Positions 17,201 through 28,495 of a stretch of DNA of 64,000 nt are shown piece by piece (position 1 is the first letter of the stretch; every line of letters starts with the position of its first letter). A program made the translations under genes and the position numbers. The stretch spans positions 16,430,001-16,494,000 of the forward strand of contig OX442314.1 in the NCBI GenBank assembly GCA_949358305.1, read 5' to 3'. The stretch comes from Strigamia acuminata (lineage: Eukaryota). The notes under the pieces were generated by a model. That model did not search any database, was not told the origin of the DNA, and worked only from the letters and a program-made list of their open reading frames with translations.

Positions 17201-19539
17201 TCTGTAATAGTAACAAAAAAGTTTTTCCATTAAAAAAAATTTAATTTTGGTCATTTACAAAATACCGATGACTTGGGTGAATCTTCGAATCGAGCAGATG
17301 ACGACGACGTACTAAGAAAAAATTATATTTCAGATTAAAACAATAAAAAACAATTTATTTTCGATCATTACCTCATTTCATGCGCTTGCCCCACAGGTTT
17401 TAGAGTCACGACTCCACAATTATTAGAGAAAAACAGCGCTCTACCATCAAATGTCCCTGAAATGCAAAAAATATTATTCCGTACAAATTAAATAATCACA
17501 AAACTTCAAAAATACCTGCTCCAAGTATTCTATCAGCTGCTGAACGAAATTCAACTTTATCAGGTTCTTCATTAGATGACACAGCTGTGAAAATAAAATA
17601 ATTAATTTATATTCCACATTCCTGTTCTTGTGTGTTGTTTTTACACTTACTAGAAATGCAATAAACAATTTTGTCCATATACATGTAAGCAGTTCCTGTG
17701 TTTCTCGAACTCAGTAGAAATTGATAATTCAAAAAGTTCTCTTCATCAATTTCCTGTTTGTTAACACTCAAATTAATTTCTGTCTTACTTTCCTACGTAA
17801 TTACTTATCGATACACACTTGATATCTCTCGACCAATTTTGAAATCACAAATTTTGAAAACGAATTAGGGGTGTCAGGACCATCTAAATCTAAAGTGGCT
17901 GTTCAAAAATATATATATTATGTTAGTGAAAGTTATGAAAATAAAAAAGTAAACAAACTACCGAATGAATAACATAACTGTGGAGAAACATGAGAGTTTG
18001 TTGCTGCAGCTAGCAAACACACGCCTTCTCTGTAATTTAAATATAAACAAATCAGATTATTTATTCATCAGAATCGAAGAAAAAGCTTACTCCGTCAACT
18101 GCATGTCAATTAGCCAGCATTGTATTTGATTGATGTGGTAAATGTCTCGATTCTTAAATAATCAAATCCAAAATCAAATATAAAATTGTAAATTATTAAA
18201 AGCAAATAGTGAATTGTAAGATTCAACTTACCCACATGATATCACAAAAATTTTCTTTAATCATTCGTTCTACATCAAATTCAAAAAGCAGCTGAAATAA
18301 AATATTATTAAAACCAAATTTAATTGAATTTAAAATTTAAAATTACTTTATCAGTGTCATTGCTTGACAAAAACCACTTTTGAAGATTGTTTCCCGTTAA
18401 AACGTATAAAATCTTCTTATTCCTCTTATCCGTGTTGACGACAAGAACCTTAATTAATTTCTGTGTAAGAAAACAAAGAGTTAAAAACCATTTCTACCAT
18501 AAACTGTTTTTCAAATCTTATTTACTGATTCAGCAGATTGGTTAGGCATTGATCCAAAAATAAAAGATGTCATTCGCCATCCGATACCAGTTAGAACACC
18601 CTGAGGAACTTTCAACTGACGACAATAAATACTATTCTGTAAATAAATAAACATATAAAATTAAAATAAAGCAATTTATACATGTATATATATATTGTGT
18701 GTACCTGTCCATTAAAAGCAGATGTTGATACCATCACTAAAGTACTTGTAGTTGTAGCTAAAATGCAACCTAATGGCTATAAAAGTTTGATTTTAGTACT
18801 TTGTTAATTTATTTCTCTGAATAATTCGATATTTTTTATTTACTTGACAATCTGTGAGTGAAAAACACTCTTGACCTTGGAGGTCAGCTGTTACTTCAAC
18901 AGATGAGCCTTCATGAGCAATATTTGGCCAATATCGAATATGACCTTCTGGGGATACAGCAATGGCCGATGGTGTGCTCGCATCGGATGTAAGAAAAACT
19001 GTGGCTAAGTCAGCTTTGTGCGCGAGATCACTCGGTGGTAAAGTCAATTCTCTGCATTGCGGTGACTGTAAAGTTCGGGTTTGAAAACCTAAAAGTTAAA
19101 TGGACATTTGGTAATTCATTACCAGTTGTCTCGATCCCGACATCTGTATAAAGCGCCAAATAAAAAGACGACGACCGCAAACCAGCCAAGCCCAACCGGA
19201 TTCAGATAACTTGACACTCATTTCAGAAATTCCTACAAATGGAAACAAAATCAGTGATATTTGACGCAAAAAAAAACGGTTTTATAAATTTAATTTCGTA
19301 CGGTCTTGGATGGTCAAAGCTTCCGTAACCAAAACTGGAAGAGGCGTTCCAAAATTCTCAACAGCATGACTGGGAATTTCCTCTAAAACTAATAGTGATG
19401 AATGCGTTGATGCTTTTTGCCTTGACTGACTCGATCCACCACTTGGACGACTTTGTGGATAAGGCGAACCTTCTCGTCCAGCAGGACTAAAGAATTGGCT
19501 ACTTTTGCCTTTGGATGAAGCACCTCGAGATGAAAACAT
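14289..19539 (-). CDS. NUP133: Nuclear pore complex protein Nup133, many short exons
   Basis: [90 protein letters not shown]. Confidence 0.94.
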
Positions 19540-20211
19540 TATAAAATTTGGCAACGAGTGGGCCGAAGATGTTGAGAAAATAATAATAAAATCAAAGAGT
19601 TAAAGTTTCTGAACTCGGCGCCAAGACGCCATTATTATTTTTAAGTCCGGTCCGAATCGTGGGTCCGGAGATGGTATATATTTGCTGTAATATTTATTTA
19701 TTACGGTTCAAATTAGAATATCACTCATTTATAATCTAATTTTTTCAGAATTTTTATTCTCCATCGATCTCTCCCATGTGTAAATAAACGGGGATAAAAA
19801 ATCACCTCTCGCCCAATAATCAGCCAATCAGGTTGTTCGTCTATGTTAGAGAAGTGGCGCGAAATTTTAAACTTTGTCGATACTTCGCAGATTGTATACA
19901 TTTTATCATCTTCAATATAAATTTCAATAAAATGCTGCAACATTTAAAATATGTGGATTAAATTTATTTATATATTCAGAGATCTACGAAAGAAATAACC
20001 GTGAATAACTTTAAAGAAACTCAAAAACTACCAAAAAAGTTAAAATTTTAATTTCGCGCCATCTCGGTCAAGATAAATCAAGCAACATGATTGGCTAATT
20101 GTTAGGAGAGCTACAATTGGTGGCGCCGATCTCTTCCATGTGAACCACGTGTGAACTACTCACAACGCCTGTCAAGGATCTGCAATTTTTTTCTGACAAC
20201 CTAAACTGAAC

Positions 20212-20916
20212 ATGGCAGAAGATGGAGATAATTGGGTTCCTCCAACAGAAGCTGAGTTAAAAGTCCTTCAAGCGAAACGTGAAAGATCTGACAAAATTTC
20301 CAGAATTATGGCAGATTATTTACTACGCGGTTACAGAATGCTTAATTCAGTTTGTGACCATTGTGATGTATGTAAGAAGGCAAACTGTAACAAAAAAGTA
20401 CAAAAGCGCTCACTATATATCTATTTTACAGTCTGTTTTGCTACAGGATCGTCATCAGAAACCATATTGTGTAGCTTGCTCCGATGTTGATAATGAACAT
20501 GCCAAGGATAACCCAGGTATAACGTTGATGGTTGAACAATTTTTAATTTTTGAAAAATAATAAATTTTGTCCCATTAACAGCTCTTAGCGGAACAGCCGC
20601 TCAACGTCAAATGCAAGAATCTCAATTAAGGTCAAGTGAGGTGGCTAATGAAAACGGAATGTTGATAGCAGCGGAGACAGCAAGCACGGGTGAAACGCAG
20701 CAGTCGCAGGAATTTGGAATCAGCGAAGATGGAGTTATAAGCTGTATCCAGGCTGTTCAAGGAAAAATGTTATGGGCGTCTAAAAAGTTGACTAAGACAA
20801 ATTCTCCCGAAGCCAGTCTTCAATGGTGTAGCGTACTTAAAGCCTGCGCAGAAACTGTGGTTGCGTTACGTAATGTCCAGTCTGTTGAATATCCGCTTAG
20901 ACAAGGTCCTTGTTAA
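20212..20916 (+). CDS. ZNRD2: ZNRD2/SSSCA1 (Sjogren syndrome/scleroderma autoantigen 1) zinc-ribbon protein, 3 exons
   Basis: WVPPTEAELKVLQAKRERSDKISRIMADYLLRGYRMLNSVCDHC...YCVAC. Confidence 0.92.
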
Positions 20917-21157
20917 TTTTGTAATATCAAAACGAAGTTTAAATGTTTTTTGTCTTGGAACAGCATTTCTGCTTTTTGTCTGATAGAATTTAAACTTGTA
21001 CAACGCTATTAATGAATCTTTTTGGTAATTTATTATTTTGTTAAAACAAAAATAGAAATATACTTCTTTGCATCGTAATGATTTAACCAAAACACTTTTT
21101 TGTTACAATTGGATCAGTTTATATGTATAAAATTGTCAAATAAATATCGTTAATTCA

Positions 21158-21929
21158 TCATTTTTGCTGCTTCTTTTTATGTTTGATGTTTTTTTTGAAT
21201 TGAGTTTTCAACTTTTTGTTTTGGGCTAGATTTGAAGATTTTGAGATTTTTTGCTTAAATTCAGGTTTTTTATCTTTTTTTAAGTCTTCTGAACTTGCGG
21301 CTACATCGTCTGTAAAAGAAAATGTGGAAGATAAGCAACAGAAAATATTGTTGTTCATTAATTTTTAAATTACCGTCACCGTCAGCTTCCCATAAGGAAT
21401 GGCGCACGAATCTCTTTGCAGCGCCTACGTCCAAACGTGGCGCGTCCTTTTTGGCTACTATTTCTTCAACACTTTTCATGTAATTACGAATTCTTTCCTG
21501 CAAAATAATACTCGTTGAAATGTTGTTTTTTCAACATCTAAAATTTGTGCTTACCAATCCATAATTAACATTGTGTTCTTCTGGATCCTCACCAATAGTT
21601 TTAAGGTACACTAAACATGTGAAAAATTAAAATAAATAAATCATCTTTACAAATCCGGCAAAATACTTACTCCAAAAAGTGGAATTTAACACGAAAGCCA
21701 TAGCCAGATCTAGTTTTGCTCTGTCAATTGGCGGTAACTGTAAAAGCAAAATAAAAATGTTATTTTTTATAGGATTTAATCATTTTAAGTTCACCTTTTC
21801 ATGCAATTCGTTTAGCGGTTTAGACAGCACGGGTTTAATAATTTTCTCAATATCAGTTAAAGATTTACTAAAATTTGCTAAATTCAATAATTCATTGGAA
21901 AACACGACGGACGAACTCGATGACGCCAT
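21158..21929 (-). CDS. C1D: Nuclear nucleic acid-binding protein C1D (Rrp47), multi-exon
   Basis: [41 protein letters not shown]...[19 protein letters not shown]; Lys-rich tail. Confidence 0.9.
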
Positions 21930-23463
21930 TTTCTCAAATAAAGCTTACCCTAGTGATAAAAATTGGAACTTGCATCATCACACATGACATGGCGCACCCA
22001 CACGCAGCTCTTGATTTCATAACTATGTTCAATCTCACCTGCAGAAGGTTAATGTCATACAGAAAAGCAAACTTTGGGGGCCAATGACATCAAAATTATT
22101 TATGATTAGTCTTCATCACGCTCTGAATAAAACCCAACGAATTATTTTCTTTGAAAATCAATATATTCGGACTGTTTTTATAATACCGGTATACACAATA
22201 CAAATATAAAAAAATAAAAATAAAAATTGGCAATACATTTGCTCTTTATTTCAAGTTGCCAATTCCCATTTCAATTATAAATAAAAAATACGTTTTCGGT
22301 TTAAATATTTTCCGCTACACTCCAACAAAACCACAATTCACACCTCTCGCGTCAGTAAAACTAGTAATTACAAAATTCTAACTTCTTTCCCACAATCACC
22401 GTTGTATCGTAGCAACCCTTGCTTGATTCGACAAAAAGAAAATCAATAATAGTCTCACTATTTTGAAACTAGAGTTCAGGCTGACTCATTATACAATCAA
22501 TAAGACGTTTTATTTTTCCAGTTACTTGTCATTTTTAAGTAATGGTAGCCGGTGTAAAAGCCATCGGAAACCCTCGAATGAAACGTATCAACTAGGTAAG
22601 TTAATCATACATATCTAACTAGAGAAACCTTAAAACTTACGGTAGTGTACGCTAAAACAATTTAGAAAACAAAAGTTGATCCCTTTCCTCACACACACAA
22701 GTACACAACAAACAACAAACAACAAACACGTCAATATTTGTGGGCACCCGGAGTTCCAGTAAACTAATTGAAATTACAATTTAAAACAACAAAATTCCCA
22801 GATATTGTACTTTATTTATAAAAAAAATTAGTACTGTGTTGTCAAAATGAAAACCAGTTGTGCGTATTTCTAGCTTGGTATGACAAATATCACGTGATAT
22901 TTTCCTCACGTGATGTGATGTCTTTCCAATACCTTTAACAGATGACAGCTGTATACAGTATAGTATATGAAGGGATGAATGAACTTTAATTGTCCCAACA
23001 AATCAATTTAATACACGAAATGTTGTTGCTTATGTTCTACAATTGCGAATCAAATAGCCTTTAACATAAGCAGAATTCTCTAGGGAAATAGAATTTATAA
23101 ATTTAAATCGGGTATTGAAGAGTTACTGCGAGTAATTGATATGTCTAGACTTTCTAAATCACACATTTATTTCCATTTATTTATTTATCTACACCCACAA
23201 ATCGGTGATTCACAATAAGTTCAGGAACTTGGTCCTCTTGCCAATGGTTAGAATGTTTATAAATTAATGCAGGAAAAGTTTGTTTTCAATCATTTTTACA
23301 ATTGGTATTGACCAAACAGTTCCTGGGAAATGGTTTTTATTTTTGTAATTTCTGTATGGATTGCGATTTAATGCTAACGATAATGGGTATTGTTTCTGTT
23401 GCCATAGTAGTTAATGACATTTATACTACATTTTCCAGATAATTACGAAATAAATCTGTGATA

Positions 23464-24544
23464 ATGGGCTGCGGTTCTTCTAAGGCAGTAGAAGGAAACA
23501 AAACGACAGGGGATAAAACACTTACCATAGCTGAGCTCAAAGATGGTGACGAGTCACAGAGCATTCGCAGCATTAAATCAACGAATAATAAAAGTTGGAC
23601 CAACGGAATGTCAAGCACAACGCCTGATAAGGAATTGCGAGAAAATGGTAATAAAAATAATAATAATTTACACAAAATTTTTTTTCCACTTTTTAATCAT
23701 TTTCTTTTAAGTTCCTGAACCAGTTTCATTTGAAATTCCGTCCCTGAACGATGAAGACAGCATAGTTAAGAAACATCCACCAAAAAGATTACAGGTACAA
23801 CTAAAACTAAAAACTAAAATTAAACAAACATTATTTTAATATACGAAATATTAAAATTTAGAAATTGGAGGATCAACAAATATTAACCCACGAGCAATTA
23901 ACAGAAAAACAACAAGAAGTAGACGAAAGGAGACAACAGGTTAGAAATGACAATGTCCCTAAATAAATTTAAAGGACTCCCAACCCGCAGGCCGCAATAA
24001 GGAAAAATTGCGAAATATTTATTTTATTTTATTTCTTAATTGTTAGTGCAGTGAGTGCAGTGAGTGCGTCGGATCAAATAGAGATGTTTTTATTATTATA
24101 TACGTTGCAGATTATTGAAGAAAGAATTCAAAGTTCTCGGACGAGATCTGCCCACTATAGGCGTCAACGAAATACTGGTCAGCTCACACCGGCTCAGGTA
24201 GTTTTAAATTAACAAAAACAAGAATAAAACCGAGCACTCAACTGCAAATATCACCGAGTCATTTGAATTTTTTCTTCATAAATTCAGTTTTATTTTAGGC
24301 AGTCTGTATTCTGTACCAAAAGGTTTTTTTTTTTTGTTTTTTTTTAAATTTACGTTAATATTTTTATTTTAAAAAATGATGAGTGCTGTTGTATCTCAAG
24401 TTGATTTTCTGAGACAAAAAAAGGCATTCAATAACATCAACTTATCAAAATGTCAATTTAAAGAACAAAAAACGTTTATTTTTATCGTTTCAGGAAGTAG
24501 ATCAAGCTGAAGAGAGTCTGAAGGAAGAATTAACAGAAGTGTAA
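23464..24544 (+). CDS. CCDC198(FAME)/STMND1-like stathmin-related protein, 5 exons, predicted N-terminal lipidation
   Basis: MGCGSS start; spliced core SFEIPSLNDEDSIVKKHPPKRLQKLEDQQILTHEQLTEKQQEVDERRQQIIEERI. Confidence 0.7.
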
Positions 24545-25349
24545 AACCATGTAACAATGCGTTTAAACTTTTAAGACTGATCGTTATTGCTGGTTTGATG
24601 GGCATTATTTGCATTTTTCATACTCCTGTCACATATATTCTAGTCAATATCAATCACTAAGTGGTTAAAATATCAAATTTGTACTTTTTTCCCAGAAACC
24701 TTTATGCACATATTTATTGAGAGGTCGTAAAGCGGTAATTGACAATCGATGATGCTTATTTCTTTTCCCTCACTGCTCCGTAATAATCCGGAATTCCCGC
24801 TGTATTGTAACAATGCATATACCGGTACCTATACAAGTCGCAACCATGTACAGGTCTATGTGGCAACACAAATACAATTTATTCAATTTAGTTTTTAATT
24901 TTGGTCGTAGAATTTTTTTTTCCTAATTATGTGATATTTGTATACGACCTTCAAAAATACTGAAATTTAAAAGCCACAGTCACCATAACTCAAGTATGTA
25001 AACAAGTACTGTAACCAAATCATCAAAACGGTGAAATATACACATTAAAGTATACCCACCACATCACATCACATATCAAACTTTTGTAAAACTTTTGTAA
25101 AACTGTATTGTTGAATAGAATGCCAACGAATAAAAAAAATGTCAAACAGAACCAATTTACTGTACTGGGACTACTGGGCCTTGCCCTCGGCCTTGCCTTA
25201 ACACGATGATAAGCGACACGAATTTGCATCACTAACACTCATAATTATGACAGCAGTTGGCGCCACCATACACATAACAGACAAAACTTGGGCAAACGTT
25301 TCTATCATACTTTCGATCTCGACCAAGGTTGGAGGTTTGAAGAATTAAA

Positions 25350-26235
25350 ATGTCAAACATTCTAGTGAGTCACGTTATTTTCGATTTGGACGGTTTGCTG
25401 TTAGGTATTAAACATAAAAATTGAATTATCAGACAATTATAATTATTTTTTAAATATATTTTTAGATACAGAGTCACTGTACACAATTGCTACTCAGAAT
25501 GTGTTGAACGAGTATAATTCGACCTTTCCGTGGGAGGTTAAAGTAAAAATGATGGGTAAAACTGTACTCGATGCTGCCAAAGTGCTTGTGGATGAACTAA
25601 AATTACCCATTACACCTGAAAAGTTTAATGAATTAGCTGAGCAACAGTACAAAATTGTATTTCCAACTTCTAACTTTTTACCTGGTGAGCGGTGATAATA
25701 AACCCTTTTATTTACTTTGTTCTCAAAATATTTTTATCACAATTTTTAGGTGCAGAAAAATTAGTTCGACATCTGCACAAACATAAAATTCCAATTGCAA
25801 TAGCAACGGGTTCTGATACCGACACTTACAGTTGGAAAACCAAAAATCACACTGAATTTTTCAGTTTATTTCATCACGTTGTGTTAACGAGTTCTGACAA
25901 AGAAGTGAAGCGAGGAAAACCAGCGCCGGATGGTTTTCTTGTATGTGCATCTCGATTTCCGGAGAAACCATCAAGCGACAAGGTACTTGCATGTTGGAAC
26001 TAATCGTGCGGTGGCTTATTTTAATTCAAATATCTCTTCAATCAAGGTCCTAGTTTTTGAAGATGCACCTCTTGGTGTTGAATCAGCTTTAGCCGCTGAT
26101 ATGAAAGTTGTTATGGTGCCAGATGCAAGAATTGACAAGTCGAAAATACCAGAAAACATCACGCTTATACTTAAAAGTTTAGATGAGTTTCAACCCGAAC
26201 AGTTTGGCCTTCCTCCATACGACGACGAGAAATAA
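25350..26235 (+). CDS. PUDP: Pseudouridine-5'-phosphatase (HDHD1/GS1-like HAD hydrolase), 4 exons
   Basis: HVIFDLDGLLLDTE, AIATGS, GKPAPDGF, VLVFEDAPLGV, FQPEQFGLPPY. Confidence 0.92.
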
Positions 26236-26775
26236 AAATCGACATTCCTTTAATATTAAATGTATATATAAAAAAAAAATAACAATAATAAATAATAATA
26301 AATAATAAAACGTAAACTTAACTGCAAAACAATTTATAATTTTTTTTAAAATCAAAGTTCACATTTTTTTAACCGGAATTCCAAGATTATCAGTTATTAT
26401 TATCAGGAAAACCAAATGAAAAGTGTTCATCAGTCACTGATAACATAATTTTTTTTTAACTTAAAAATTGCATATATTAAAGGAAGTAATAATTAAATTA
26501 TCGACGAGTCAGACTGAAAAACTTCTTGTTCATTTCCTTATTGAATTTATAATAAATTTTGATTTCCACTAAATCGACATAAAACAAAAACAGACGTGCT
26601 TCTTTGATTCCACACCAGAGGGCAGTCTAAACCGACGAGCAGTTAATGACGTCTCACTGACCTAATGCCTAATGTAAGTATTCCGTCGTTTCCCGTGCTT
26701 TCCAATTGCTTTATTAACTCAAGCTTTCCATTTTGTTACCACTCAGAACCGTCACGATTAAACTCCGATTCCACC

Positions 26776-28134
26776 ATGCCTCACCAAGGGAGCGAAATCC
26801 TCCAACACATGAAACATTACCGTCATCCCGATTTAACAAAGCGGGATATCATGCAAGCGGTACTGCTGTACAAAGGCCTCAGCCTTAAATGGGATTTCTT
26901 CGTCTTTAATAACGGCGAGAAAAAGGAACTTCTCTGTTTGGACGGAACCATACCGGTCAATTACAAAGGCACGACGTATAATATCCCCTCGTGTATCTGG
27001 ATTATGGAAACCCATCCATACAATGCTCCATTATGCTTCGTCAGACCAACGAGTGAAATGCAGATCAAGGTATCTCATCACGTGGATCAAACGGGGAAGA
27101 TTTACTTGCCCTACCTGCACGAATGGAAGCACAATACGTCCGATCTGGTCGGACTTATTCAAGTGATGATTGTGGTATTTGGAGACCATCCACCGGTGTA
27201 CTCGAAAGGGAGATCGTCGCATTCCGGTGACCATACTCATCCGAATTATCCCTCGCACGGATCTCCCGGTTACGTGCCGTTACCCAATATCGGCACCCAA
27301 GCGACTCCGCAGTACCAGTACCAAGCTTATCCGCCACCTGCCGGCATGCCGGCATATCCACCCACGTCTACAAACATGCCGATGCCGATGCCCTCGATGC
27401 CAGCGCAACCGCCACAACCGACCGGTGGCTACAAGTATCCCGGAATCCCGACTACAAATTATCAAGCCAACACCGGCGGAATCCGTTATCCGCAACCATC
27501 GTTGCCGTACCCGTCATATTCGGGCACCACCAATGTCCCCGTTTATCCAAGCTCCTCACCCTATGCCAATTATCCACCACCTACCACTTCTTTGCCGCAA
27601 ACTTCGGCTCCAGTCTCTACGAATACAATTTCCGAAGAGCATATTAAAGCTTCGGTGTTGTCTGCCGTAGAGGATAAGATGAAGCGCCGGTTGAGAGATG
27701 TATTTTCGCAAGCTCAGGCTGAAATGGATGTTTTGAAGCGTACGGGCGATGAATTGAGTCAAGGGAAGACCAAGTTGGAGAGTATAATTAACAAGTTGGA
27801 GGCGGAACAGATGGAGTTAGACAAAAATGTTTTCATGTTGCAAGAGAAGAACGAAGCGATGGCCAATGTGATTAGTAAGTTGGAGAACCAGGAGTCCATC
27901 GATGTGGATGAAGCTGTGGTTACAACAACGCCGTTGTACAAACAGCTGTTGAATTTGTTTGCCGAAGAGAATGCCACGGAGGATGCCATCTATTATTTAG
28001 GAGAGGCTTTACGCAAAGGGATTATCGATTTGGATTTGTTTTTGAAGCATGTTCGGGATTTATCGCGCAAGCAGTACATGTTGCGCGCGTTGATGCAAAA
28101 ATGTAGAGAGAAGGCAAGTTTGCCTTGTTATTAG
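26776..28134 (+). CDS. TSG101: Tumor susceptibility gene 101 (ESCRT-I), intronless CDS
   Basis: UEV domain (LDGTIPVNYKGTTYNIP, GKIYLPYLHEW), Pro/Tyr-rich linker, coiled coil and SB domain (EDAIYYLGEALRKG...LSRKQY); CCACCATG context at 26776. Confidence 0.96.
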   Translation: MPHQGSEILQHMKHYRHPDLTKRDIMQAVLLYKGLSLKWDFFVFNNGEKKELLCLDGTIPVNYKGTTYNIPSCIWIMETHPYNAPLCFVRPTSEMQIKVSHHVDQTGKIYLPYLHEWKHNTSDLVGLIQVMIVVFGDHPPVYSKGRSSHSGDHTHPNYPSHGSPGYVPLPNIGTQATPQYQYQAYPPPAGMPAYPPTSTNMPMPMPSMPAQPPQPTGGYKYPGIPTTNYQANTGGIRYPQPSLPYPSYSGTTNVPVYPSSSPYANYPPPTTSLPQTSAPVSTNTISEEHIKASVLSAVEDKMKRRLRDVFSQAQAEMDVLKRTGDELSQGKTKLESIINKLEAEQMELDKNVFMLQEKNEAMANVISKLENQESIDVDEAVVTTTPLYKQLLNLFAEENATEDAIYYLGEALRKGIIDLDLFLKHVRDLSRKQYMLRALMQKCREKASLPCY

Positions 28135-28495
28135 AAAAGATTATAAAGATAATATTACTATTTTGTAAATGTTAATTTCAAATACTGTTATACTCTATTG
28201 CAATTGTAATCTGCACTTACAAGTTAATGTGGTCAAATTATAAAAAATTATTTTTATTTTTGATGTGATGTTGAAATATGAAAATTGTTTCAGGAATGGA
28301 ATAGTTAACACGTTGCAGTTTCTATTTTGTTTAAAATATAGAATGTTGAAGCTATGTAATTATATTTTTGTGGCTCTCAATATAAACTATTTAATTTTCA
28401 TTTATTGTATTTTATTTCATAAAAATTTTTCAACCAATTGAAAACAAATAATATTCATGTTAATTATGGTGTATTTTATCGATTGTATGTATTTC

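Noticed and set aside
27031..27989. Alternative-frame and antisense ORFs within TSG101
   Set aside because: Expected by-product of GC-rich, Pro-rich coding sequence.
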